From: Dehalococcoidia bacterium
GTDB lineage: Bacteria; Chloroflexota; Dehalococcoidia; Lucifugimonadales; UBA3495
Length of the DNA stretch: 64,000 nucleotides
Direction: 5' to 3'
Assembly: GCA_965249065.1 (NCBI GenBank)
Contig: CBDFLG010000001.1
Location: 421,084 to 485,083 of the forward strand
The notes below the pieces were generated by a model, which was not told the DNA's origin, did not search any database, and was given only the letters and a program-made list of their open reading frames with translations. Positions within the stretch are counted from its first letter, which is position 1. Each line of letters opens with the position of its first letter. Below, one piece after another: positions 41,540 to 49,754 of this stretch. The position numbers and the translations under genes are program-made.

Positions 41540-42552
41540 CACGAAGAGGAGCGGGCCTGCCGCACTGCTTGAAGCAGCATCGGCGCACCCACCCACAGCA
41601 CCACCAGGGCCACCATCGCGCCAATGCCAGAGCTGAAGGGAGCGCCGGAGTACCACGGAGTTCCCGGCACTGGGGGCCAGGCTTGCAGGATGTTCCGGCC
41701 CGAGCCCCACTCCAGTTCAGCGGCGATGGAGTAGACCGGGGAGTCGGTCACGCTTTCGTCCAGCAGAAACGTTTCGTCAAACTCAAAGGGAGCCAGGGAA
41801 TCCATCGCGCCCTGCTCCCAGCGGTGAAGCTGCTGGCTGCCGTCCTCGTGAAACACCCGGGCCCGCACTTCCAGTTGGCGAGCCGCCCAGCCCCGGTTCT
41901 CCCCATTGAGCCGCAGGCGGACCTGGCTCCCTTCTATGTCCGCCTGAGCCTTGGCGTCAATGTTTGTAGACGGCAACGAAGTGACGACTATCTCCGATTC
42001 CTTCTTGACCAATAACTGAATGTCCTTGTTGGATGCGTCCAAGAGAGACAGGGAGATGGAGACTTCATTCCAGCCGGGCTGCACCGCTCTAATCTGGGCA
42101 AAATTAGTAGAGGCGGCGCGGAAAGTAGTACCGGTCTCGTACCCTTTGCTATGACCATTAACCAAGTCTGTCATTTGCCATTGAAACCCTTCATCCAAAG
42201 CGGCAAGCCTTTTAATCTCGAGCAAATAAAACCCCAAGTCATTCCAACGGCCCCGGAGATAGGCAATGTCTCCCGCATCTCCCGGATTGCCTTGCCATTC
42301 GTACTCCAGCCGGACTCCATACAGGTTAGGCTGCCCCTGCCTGACGTCCTCGGGCAGCTGGAAACGCACAATGGCAGGAGCTGATTCGGCGGTCACCAAG
42401 AGGTCCTCAGTCCAACCGAGTTGTCGAAAAGAAAGCCCCCATTCGCCGGGAATGCCTAGCGGCCAGTTTGCGGCCTGCTCTTGGCTGGAACATGCTGCAA
42501 AGCCAATTACAGCCAAGAGCAAAGGCAAAGCGAGTCGCGAAATGTCCAACAA
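41539..42552 (-). CDS. Hypothetical lipoprotein with a C-terminal membrane anchor (337 aa)
   Basis: N-terminal LLLAVIGFAACSS (lipobox-like). The C-terminus is PGTPWYSGAPFSSGIGAMVALVVLWVGAPMLL followed by the basic tail QAVRQARSSS. Confidence 0.6.
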   Translation of the reverse strand: MLDISRLALPLLLAVIGFAACSSQEQAANWPLGIPGEWGLSFRQLGWTEDLLVTAESAPAIVRFQLPEDVRQGQPNLYGVRLEYEWQGNPGDAGDIAYLRGRWNDLGFYLLEIKRLAALDEGFQWQMTDLVNGHSKGYETGTTFRAASTNFAQIRAVQPGWNEVSISLSLLDASNKDIQLLVKKESEIVVTSLPSTNIDAKAQADIEGSQVRLRLNGENRGWAARQLEVRARVFHEDGSQQLHRWEQGAMDSLAPFEFDETFLLDESVTDSPVYSIAAELEWGSGRNILQAWPPVPGTPWYSGAPFSSGIGAMVALVVLWVGAPMLLQAVRQARSSS

Positions 42553-42573
42553 GCTATCCGTCCAGCACCCTTG

Positions 42574-43392
42574 CTAGTCGTTTCCTGACACGGAAATAAA
42601 AGCGCCCCAACCATCGCTGTAATAAAGCTGCTCATCACCACCAACGTTAATGTCAACCGGGTCGGCCGCAGTACCAGCCCCGTTATTCCAGTTGATAGCG
42701 TCTTCCGTTACAACCCAATTGTACGGGCTGGCGGCAAGATTATCCCGGATCCGATTCAACCACCAGTCCTCGTGTTCCTCGAAACTGCGGAATTCATTGT
42801 CACAAGTGACATTTGCACCATAGCCTAAGTAAGGCAAATCTTCTGAATCCTCATGAATAGTCGCAATTACATAGTTTCCCAGACCTAAACTATAATTGCT
42901 GTGATCATTTCGGCCATACACCCGCATATGTCCTTCATTCCAATCACAATCTCTGAGATATTTGATGCCATTATCGGGATTCCAAAGAGAACTTCCACCT
43001 TGTTCTGGTCCATCATCAAGATACGCGTGCATATTGCCAATACCTTCAAAGTCATCATTCAATGTAGGATCAATGTCAGGATCATTACCAAAGCCGTCCA
43101 GGCGATCTTTCACGTAGTCAACACTCGCCTCGTTTCCGAAGATAAACCGGAAACCCCAATCAACATCATTTGAAACGGCGGTGTCGTCCCCGAAATCCCA
43201 ATTCCAGACGTAATCGAAGTCATAAGGACCGTCGCCCAACTCCAGTTGCACATAGGTGCCGTCTGGCGCGGTACTCGCGCCGACTTTTATAGCGTCTGAG
43301 GCGAGGCTTACCAATGATATTGCCAAATACGCTGTTGCTCCTGCCAGAATCACGGCCAAAGCGAAACTCTGAACTCCATTTGAAAGGTTCAA
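42574..43392 (-). CDS. Hypothetical membrane-anchored protein (272 aa), Asp/Asn/Trp-rich ectodomain
   Basis: N-terminal TM segment FALAVILAGATAYLAISLVSLA. AT-richer than the window average. No family recognised. Confidence 0.6.
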   Translation of the reverse strand: MNLSNGVQSFALAVILAGATAYLAISLVSLASDAIKVGASTAPDGTYVQLELGDGPYDFDYVWNWDFGDDTAVSNDVDWGFRFIFGNEASVDYVKDRLDGFGNDPDIDPTLNDDFEGIGNMHAYLDDGPEQGGSSLWNPDNGIKYLRDCDWNEGHMRVYGRNDHSNYSLGLGNYVIATIHEDSEDLPYLGYGANVTCDNEFRSFEEHEDWWLNRIRDNLAASPYNWVVTEDAINWNNGAGTAADPVDINVGGDEQLYYSDGWGAFISVSGND

Positions 43393-43433
43393 TTTATGCC
43401 CTCCTATTGAGATGCGCTACTGTATTGTTCGCC

Positions 43434-44057
43434 TCAGTTGTATTTTCGATGGACCAAGGACGGGCAATGCTCGTCTTCCTTTTCCAACGTCCAGTCACTG
43501 CTCTTTCCGTCGAATCGTAGTTCACCTGTCTTGAAATCGTATACCTTAAATGGGTAGTTCAGGGCAGTGGAGTCGTAAGCGAAGTCTTGATCATCATCGT
43601 CCGCCGTAACGGAATACGCCAAGATCTCCCGATCCTCCAAATCCACATGTATTATCAGCCTGGTAAAATTGCTGATGTCACGCATTGTGACAGCCAGATG
43701 CTTTCCGCCACACGTTACGATAAGCCAAGGGCCCCGGCCGTCAACAGGCTCTTGCCATTTGACAATCAAAGACGCTGCCTCGTATCCGTCTACCCCATCC
43801 CTCCGGATGCTCTCCACGACCCAGTCCTGTCCGCTATTTATCGACTCCACGACAAGCGATTCCTGCGTAATCGCCACTATGTCCCGTTTCTGCTCATCTG
43901 TGAGAGGAACCTTCGTCGGTTTAACCGGAGAGGGAATGAAGCGGGTCTTGATTACTGGGTCCCCACCCTCTGCCAGCAACATCGCCGAGGTGGTCAAGAC
44001 GCCAATCAGCAGCAGCATCGCAATCAGCAACCTGGGACGGTACACTTTGAATTTCAC
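43434..44057 (-). CDS. Hypothetical signal-anchored protein (207 aa)
   Basis: N-terminal LLIAMLLLIGVLTTSAMLLA. AT-richer region. No family recognised. Confidence 0.6.
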   Translation of the reverse strand: MKFKVYRPRLLIAMLLLIGVLTTSAMLLAEGGDPVIKTRFIPSPVKPTKVPLTDEQKRDIVAITQESLVVESINSGQDWVVESIRRDGVDGYEAASLIVKWQEPVDGRGPWLIVTCGGKHLAVTMRDISNFTRLIIHVDLEDREILAYSVTADDDDQDFAYDSTALNYPFKVYDFKTGELRFDGKSSDWTLEKEDEHCPSLVHRKYN

Positions 44058-44092
44058 GGCTTTTCTCCATCCATCGGATTATCCCGGCGCAT

Positions 44093-44112
44093 CCAGCGTT
44101 CCGGAACGCTGG
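44093..44112. promoter_or_regulatory. Perfect 20-bp palindrome in a divergent intergenic region (possible operator)
   Basis: CCAGCGTTCCGGAACGCTGG, between the start of the 43434..44057 gene (minus) and LLM gene 44278 (plus). Confidence 0.35.
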
Positions 44113-44277
44113 CAAACAGTACCACCCCCCTCCAGCGATCGTCCATCGGGAAATCCCCGGGGCCGCGCGGCGATGACGCCCCCCGCCGGAATCCTGAGTG
44201 TGCTAGACTTACCATCCGCCGCGCCGGGCGCCAGGTGACGGCGCCGGAACTGAGATGCCGCCGGAGGAGCCGCCGCC

Positions 44278-45207
44278 ATGCGTATCGGTCTGTTTGCGGG
44301 CGCGCTGGAGCTGATGCGGGACATTGCAGAACGGCTGGAGCGCATATCCGACGCCGAGAGGGATGGGTTCGACAGCTATTGGCTTCCCCAGCATTTCGGG
44401 GCGGATATGCTCACTGTGATCGCCATGGCCGGAATGCAAACCAGCCGCATCGAGCTGGGCACCGCTGTCGTCCCAATCTATCCGCGCCATCCCGTGGCCC
44501 TGGCGCAGCAGGCTCTCACGGCGCAGGTGGCCACCGGCGGGCGGCTGACGCTGGGCATCGGCGTCTCCCACCGCTCGACCATAGAGGACTGGCTGGGCCT
44601 GTCGTATGCCCGCCCGGCGCGGCACATGGAGGAATACCTGTCGGTGTTGCGGCCGCTGCTCAACGAGAGCAGCGTGGACTTTTCCGGGCGGGAGTTCCGC
44701 GTGGCGGGGGAGTTGCAGATTCCCGACGCCGACATGGTGAGCTGCCCGGTGCTGATGGCGGCCCTGGGCCCGCGAATGCTGGAAATCGCCGGGCGCCTGG
44801 CCGACGGCGCAGTGACCTGGATGACCGGCCCGGCCAGCCTGCGGGAGCACGTCATTCCGCGCCTTAGAGAGGCGGCGGATGCAGCCGGCAACCCCGCGCC
44901 CCGCATCTGCGTTGGTATGCCCATTGCGGTTACCGACCACCCGGAACGGGCTCGCGCCCGGGCGGACCGCCTCTTCCAGCACTATGCCGCGCTTCCCAGC
45001 TACCGCGCCATGCTGGAACGGGAGGGCGTCGGCAGTCCCGGCGGCATCGCCATCGTGGGCGATGAGGCAGCGGTGGAAGAGCAACTCCGCGCCCTGGCCG
45101 AGATCGGCGCCACCGACCTGCTGGCCACCATCTTCCCCGTGGACGACTCCGAGACCTCCGTCGCCCGCACCCGCGCCCTCTTGCAAAGTCTGGTCGGACG
45201 CATCTAG
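44278..45207 (+). CDS. LLM-class F420-dependent oxidoreductase
   Basis: 309 aa: MRIGLFAG...DGFDSYWLPQHFGADMLTVIAMAGMQTSRIELGTAVVPIYPRHPVALAQQALT. Confidence 0.8.
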   Translation: MRIGLFAGALELMRDIAERLERISDAERDGFDSYWLPQHFGADMLTVIAMAGMQTSRIELGTAVVPIYPRHPVALAQQALTAQVATGGRLTLGIGVSHRSTIEDWLGLSYARPARHMEEYLSVLRPLLNESSVDFSGREFRVAGELQIPDADMVSCPVLMAALGPRMLEIAGRLADGAVTWMTGPASLREHVIPRLREAADAAGNPAPRICVGMPIAVTDHPERARARADRLFQHYAALPSYRAMLEREGVGSPGGIAIVGDEAAVEEQLRALAEIGATDLLATIFPVDDSETSVARTRALLQSLVGRI

Positions 45208-45282
45208 GCGCCAGCCAGTCCGCTCAGCAGGCGGCGAGCCAACGGGCATTCTCAGGGCGGGTGGGGATTTTTCGCACAAATT

Positions 45283-45298
45283 TGTGATTGTTTGCACA
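45283..45298 (+). promoter_or_regulatory. CRP/FNR-family-type binding site
   Basis: TGTGATTGTTTGCACA matches TGTGA-N6-TCACA at 9 of 10 half-site positions. It lies immediately upstream of, or overlapping, the promoter hexamers of the usp-cNMP gene. Confidence 0.45.
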
Positions 45299-45301
45299 TT
45301 G

Positions 45302-45330
45302 TTGACCGCCTCCCAATGTATAACTACAAT
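45302..45330 (+). promoter_or_regulatory. Sigma-70-type promoter upstream of the usp-cNMP gene
   Basis: TTGACC (45302-45307), a 17-nt spacer, then TACAAT (45325-45330). An alternative -10, TATAAC, is at 45319-45324. ATG 45403 is preceded by GGGAGG. Confidence 0.5.
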
Positions 45331-45402
45331 GTTAGTTATCAGGTAATCAGATGCTAACCAGCCGGTTTCAGGGCCACAGAATCCAATCCGGGAGGCTTCC
45401 AA

Positions 45403-46350
45403 ATGTATCAAAACGTGCTAGTTCCCCTAGACCGTTCAGCGGAGTCCGAAGGAATTCTCGATGTTATCTCGGGACTGGTCAACGTCGGCGGACAAGCAAC
45501 ATTGCTGACGGTGATTCCGACAGGGCGCACCAAGTCCTTTGGGGAGTTGGTGGTGTTGGGAACCCAGCAGGAAGAGGAAGACCGTGGCCGCGCATTGGCC
45601 TACCTCAACCGGATCGCCAGCCGTTTGCAGGAGTCCTCGATTCAGGCCTCCACCGCCGTTGTGGTCAACGACTCGGTGCCTGCCGCCATTGTGGCCTACG
45701 CCAACCGCAACTCCGTTGACCTGATTTCGATGTTCACCCACGACCGGCGCGGGCTGGCCAGGCTGGTGAAGGGAAGTGTGGCCCGGGAGGTGGAGCGCCG
45801 CTCGGTGATGCCTGTGAGAGTGTTCCGCCCCGAAGACCTGACCCCAGGCCAAGAGGCGGGCGCCGCCGGGGGGCAAGAGTTCGACTTCAGCTCAGTTGAT
45901 ATGTTCGCCCGGCTTTCGAGAGAGCAGATTTCCGCAGTAGTAGCCTTGGGCAGCACCGTTTCCGTCAAGGAAGGGGAAACCTTGGGCGCTGGCGGCGAGG
46001 CTGGCCAGAATCTGTACGTCATCCAGTCCGGGGAAGCGCAGTTGACTGCCCAAGCGGAGATTGGACAGATTGCCGTCCGCGTGGCAGGCCCCGGTGAGTC
46101 CTTCCCCCAGGCTGTCCTTTTGGGCGAGGGTACCCTGATTACCGCCGGTTCCGCCCTAGGCGAAATGACCCTGTTGCAGATTCCCCGCGCTCCCCTGCTG
46201 GACCTGTGCACTCAGGACGCAGGTATCGGGCGAGGCATTTACGCCGCCACCGCCCAGCTTTTCGCCAACCGCTACAGCCGCACTCTGACCCAGTTGGGCA
46301 TGAGCGCAAGCCGGGAAGCTCGCGACGAGAACGAGGAAGAGGACTCGTAG
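45403..46350 (+). CDS. Universal stress protein (UspA) domain fused to a cyclic-nucleotide-binding domain
   Basis: 315 aa. The N-terminal half is Usp-like (YQNVLVPLDRSAESEGIL...GSVAREVERRSVMPVRV). The C-terminal half is cNMP-binding-like (MFARLSREQISAVVALGSTVSVKEGETL...YVIQSGEAQL...GPGESFPQAVLL). Confidence 0.75.
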   Translation: MYQNVLVPLDRSAESEGILDVISGLVNVGGQATLLTVIPTGRTKSFGELVVLGTQQEEEDRGRALAYLNRIASRLQESSIQASTAVVVNDSVPAAIVAYANRNSVDLISMFTHDRRGLARLVKGSVAREVERRSVMPVRVFRPEDLTPGQEAGAAGGQEFDFSSVDMFARLSREQISAVVALGSTVSVKEGETLGAGGEAGQNLYVIQSGEAQLTAQAEIGQIAVRVAGPGESFPQAVLLGEGTLITAGSALGEMTLLQIPRAPLLDLCTQDAGIGRGIYAATAQLFANRYSRTLTQLGMSASREARDENEEEDS

Positions 46351-46482
46351 TTTCAAGGCTGCGCCTGAAAGCGGGGCAGGAACAGATAGGCAGGAATAGA
46401 CAGAGGCAAGGAGTTTGATGGTAGAGCCGAAGTAGCCGTCATAACGGCAAGCATCTCTTCACGAAAGTATTGGAGGTGTGCA

Positions 46483-46716
46483 ATGGTTACGATTGTAAGG
46501 CCCAGTGAGACACTCCCGGTCGAATCCGCCCCGGCGCCGGAGACGCCCCAGCCCCAGGCTGAGCCGCCTGAATGGCGCTACTCGATGCCCTTTGCCGGCG
46601 TCAAGTACTACTCCTACCGGCCCGCGCCGCGCCAAGCGAAGCCGCTGCCGGACGAGGAGGCAACCCGCCCGGCCCTGCAGGTCCAGCTCATCGACGAACG
46701 GGTCATTCTCATATAG
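46483..46716 (+). CDS. Hypothetical small Pro-rich protein (77 aa)
   Basis: ATG lies 6 nt after GGAGG. No family recognised. Confidence 0.45.
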   Translation: MVTIVRPSETLPVESAPAPETPQPQAEPPEWRYSMPFAGVKYYSYRPAPRQAKPLPDEEATRPALQVQLIDERVILI

Positions 46717-46765
46717 AATCGCATCCCCTGGCCGGACCCGGCGAACCTGGATAAAGGCGTGAGAA

Positions 46766-47410
46766 ATGTACGTACAGATGGCATGGGGACGGGCGCGCTC
46801 TGGAGCTTGGGACGACCTGAGACAATTCTACGTCGAAAAAGTCATCCCCTTTACGATGGGGATGCCAGGGTTGCAGGAGCGTCAACTGTGGCGCGGCACT
46901 TCGGACCCCGACGAGATGGCGTTCTGGAGCGTATGGGAGTCACTGCAGGAACTTCGCAACTACGAAACCAGCCAGACCCGCCGGGAACTGGCCGGCGACG
47001 CCGAGCAGTATTTCCACCCGATGGCCTACCCGATGGGAGAAACCTGGATTAAGCACTTGGAAATCGTGGCGTCCGCCGAGAACTCCGGTGCCCGTCCCGC
47101 AGTGGAGCAGTCCCTCATTATGATGGCTTGGGGCAAGCTCCGCCTCGGCTCTTGGGACCAGTACGAGCAGTTCTACCGCGATCAGGTGCTGCAGGGCGGC
47201 GGGCAATTCGAGGGCCTCAGCGACCGGCTGCTCCTCCGCAGCACGGAAGACCCCGACGAGGGCATCAGCGTCAGCGTCTGGGACAGCGAGGAATCCCTGC
47301 TCCGCTACGAGCGCAGCGAAGTCCGCCGCAACATGGCCCAAGAGGTCGAGAATCTCTACCGCGGCCAGTTCTGGATCAAGCACTTCCAGGTCACCGACAG
47401 CAACCGGTAA
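46766..47410 (+). CDS. Tandem ABM (antibiotic biosynthesis monooxygenase / dimeric alpha-beta barrel) domain protein
   Basis: 214 aa with two homologous halves: MAWGRARSGAWDDLRQFY...WSVWESLQELRNYETS and MAWGKLRLGSWDQYEQFY...VSVWDSEESLLRYERS. Confidence 0.65.
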   Translation: MYVQMAWGRARSGAWDDLRQFYVEKVIPFTMGMPGLQERQLWRGTSDPDEMAFWSVWESLQELRNYETSQTRRELAGDAEQYFHPMAYPMGETWIKHLEIVASAENSGARPAVEQSLIMMAWGKLRLGSWDQYEQFYRDQVLQGGGQFEGLSDRLLLRSTEDPDEGISVSVWDSEESLLRYERSEVRRNMAQEVENLYRGQFWIKHFQVTDSNR

Positions 47411-47435
47411 GCCGGAAACCGGGAACGCGAAACGC

Positions 47436-47591
47436 CTAAAGGGGCGGGTTCATCATCCCCGCCCCTTTTAGTCTCTCAGAGAAGCCCCAGCCGACGGGCG
47501 TCCTGCTCCGTCCATCTCGCTCCAAAGCTCGAACCAGTTCTCTGACTGATACATTCCGCAGGAGATTAACAAGACCGGGCGGGAGCGTCAC
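47436..47591 (-). pseudogene. hicA: HicA-like toxin gene, apparently truncated or degenerate (51 codons)
   Basis: The GTG start overlaps the hicB stop (GTGA). The N-terminal VSVRELVRALERDG matches the HicA start. The expected GSH-containing core is missing, and the ORF ends inside the terminator hairpin. Confidence 0.4.
47438..47468. terminator. Bidirectional intrinsic terminator
   Basis: AAAGGGGCGGG (47438-47448), loop TTCATCATC, then CCCGCCCCTTT (47458-47468), followed by T-rich sequence on both strands. It lies between convergent ends of the ABM gene and the hicA-like ORF. Confidence 0.65.
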
Positions 47592-47836
47592 GCAGTAACT
47601 GCCGTGATTGTAACAGCTACTGTCAGATCGCCTGCGTCTCCAATTTCTGCAATGGGAATATCCTCGCCGCACTCCAGCATATCTTCGACGTACAGCTCCG
47701 CCCCATTCTGCAACGCCTCCAGTGCTTCCTCTCTGCTGTAACCCCAGGCAGCACAACCCGGCAATATGCCAACCCTGGAACTCCAACGCCCATCCTCTTC
47801 CTCGTATACCTCAGCCTTGAACACGTAAGTAGTCAT
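47588..47836 (-). CDS. hicB: HicB-family antitoxin (UPF0150)
   Basis: 82 aa: YVFKAEVYEEEDGRWSSRVGILPGCAAWGYSREEALEALQNGAELYVEDMLECGEDIP. Confidence 0.8.
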   Translation of the reverse strand: MTTYVFKAEVYEEEDGRWSSRVGILPGCAAWGYSREEALEALQNGAELYVEDMLECGEDIPIAEIGDAGDLTVAVTITAVTA

Positions 47837-47931
47837 AGTTCGGCACCTTTTGGGGTGGATTGATGTTCACTCTAACCCGCGCCGTCGTCCAATCCGCAAT
47901 TCTAGTCGGCGACTGCGGCTAGGTGACAGCA

Positions 47932-47959
47932 CAGGGGCGGGTTGTTAAACCCGCCCCTG
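47932..47959. repeat. GGGGCGGG-type hairpin, related to the stem at 47441-47465
   Basis: CAGGGGCGGG, loop TTGTTAAA, then CCCGCCCCTG. It lies downstream of the dctM stop at 47983. No U-tract follows it on the minus strand. Confidence 0.5.
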
Positions 47960-47982
47960 CTTTAATCGCCGTTGGCTGAGGG

Positions 47983-49668
47983 TTAAGCTCTTGCGCCGAA
48001 GATGGCGTTCGGGAGCCATAGGGCGATACCCGGGAAAGCCAGCACTAGAGCGGTGGTAACGGCCATACAGCCCATGAAGGGCAGCACCCCGATCCACACG
48101 TCGGCGATGGTGCTTTGCTGCAACACCTCGTTGGCGGCTTCAGCCTGCTCCCGGTCTATGTCGAGCCGCACACCGTGCAACACGTAGAGGTTGATGCCCT
48201 CCGGCGGGCTGATCAGGGCAGCTTCTACCAGCAGCACCATGATGACGCCGAACCAGACCAGGTCAACGCCCGCTCCCTCCAGCGTCGGCAGCAGAATTGG
48301 CACCGTTGTGACCATCATGGCGAAGCTTTCCATAAAGGTGCCCAGCACCAAGTAGAAAACTACCAGCACCAGCACCAGTTGGACTTCGTTCAGGTTCAGG
48401 CTGGAAATTGCCTCGGCAATCTGCTGGGAGATGCCCAGCCGGGCGAAGGCGAACGACAAGGTGAAAGCGGCCAGCACTATCAGGAAGATCATACCCGTAG
48501 TGCGGACCGTCGAGGTCATAGCGTCCTGCACGATGTTGAAGTTGCGCCGGATGAGTTGCTTCTGTACCGCATTGTCGGGGAACCGCGCGTTGCGGAGCTC
48601 TTCTTGAGTCGCGTTTACCAGGAATGGCACCCAGCCGGTCCACGGGACAATCACCACCTCGACGAGAAAGATGTTTTCACCAACAATTGCACCGAGGAAA
48701 ATGTTGGGGTCACCCAAATCCTCCCCTTTGAGAGCCAAGCCTATCTGCAAGGCCAGATGCACCAGCAACAGGCCCACCAGCAGTCCCAGCGACCACTTTA
48801 CAAAGCTCGATATACTGATGAGTCCCAGGCTCCGCATCGCGGTGCCGAAGAAGGGGAGCAAGATTTCTTCCGTGTTCAGGATGATCGCCAGCACGAAAGC
48901 GCCGTATACCCCGAAGGCCGCCGCTTCGCTGGGGGTGGCGATGCCGCCGTAGATGGAGCCAATCACCACGATAATCAGCGCGACTATCGGTATAAGGGAG
49001 ATAGAGCCGAGGAGCCGGTTCACCCAACCTCGTATGGTGAAGAAACTGTCGCCGTGCTCGCGCGGGGCCAATCCCTTCCAGACAATGGCAAGGGCGAAGA
49101 TCATGAGCATAAAAGTCCCGGTCAGCACCATGCCGGGAACGAACCCGGCCATGTACAGGCGCCCGATGGATTCCTCCACCAGCACGCCGTAAATAATGAG
49201 GCTGATGCTGGGCGGAATCAGAATCCCCAGAGTTCCCCCAGCGGCCAGGGAGCCAATCACCATGCGCTCCGAGTAGCCCCGCTGCCGGAAGCTGGGCAGC
49301 GACACGCGGCTGATGGTGGCCGAGGTTGCTACGCTGGACCCGGAGCAGGCGGCGAAAATGGCGCACGAAACGATGTTGGTATGAATCAGGCCACCGGGCA
49401 ACCACCAAATCCAGCGGGTGATGCCCGCATACATCCGCTCGCCCATACCGCTCCGGTTCATCAGCTCGCCCATCAGGATGAACAGCGGCACGGCCACCAG
49501 AATGAAGCTGGTATTCCCTTCCCACGCCTTGTTGGCCATGATGTTCCACAAAGGAGCATCGGAGAAGAAAAACATGATGATGAGGGACAGAGAGCCCAGC
49601 GCCGCGGCCACGTAAAGCCCTGCCAGGAAGAAGGCTCCCATCAATCCGAATGCTACGCCAATTGCCAC
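47983..49668 (-). CDS. dctM: TRAP transporter large permease (DctM family), unusually long (561 aa)
   Basis: Multi-pass protein with a DctM-like N-terminus MAIGVAFGLMGAFFLAGLYVAAALG and the conserved LFILMGELMNRSG. It has an extra central segment of about 120 aa. Confidence 0.85.
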   Translation of the reverse strand: MAIGVAFGLMGAFFLAGLYVAAALGSLSLIIMFFFSDAPLWNIMANKAWEGNTSFILVAVPLFILMGELMNRSGMGERMYAGITRWIWWLPGGLIHTNIVSCAIFAACSGSSVATSATISRVSLPSFRQRGYSERMVIGSLAAGGTLGILIPPSISLIIYGVLVEESIGRLYMAGFVPGMVLTGTFMLMIFALAIVWKGLAPREHGDSFFTIRGWVNRLLGSISLIPIVALIIVVIGSIYGGIATPSEAAAFGVYGAFVLAIILNTEEILLPFFGTAMRSLGLISISSFVKWSLGLLVGLLLVHLALQIGLALKGEDLGDPNIFLGAIVGENIFLVEVVIVPWTGWVPFLVNATQEELRNARFPDNAVQKQLIRRNFNIVQDAMTSTVRTTGMIFLIVLAAFTLSFAFARLGISQQIAEAISSLNLNEVQLVLVLVVFYLVLGTFMESFAMMVTTVPILLPTLEGAGVDLVWFGVIMVLLVEAALISPPEGINLYVLHGVRLDIDREQAEAANEVLQQSTIADVWIGVLPFMGCMAVTTALVLAFPGIALWLPNAIFGARA

Positions 49669-49754
49669 AGCTTTAACCTCTCAGGCCTTTTTTTGCAGAC
49701 CCGGCCGAATTTACCGGTTTTGGCTCGTTTCGGTCTTCTGGTACACCAAAATCA

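Noticed and set aside
43587-45411. ORFs 43587..44867 (+, 426 aa) and 44209..45411 (-, 400 aa)
   Set aside because: They overlap the real genes 43434..44057 and 44278..45207 and cross intergenic DNA. They have biased composition and no SD-linked start.
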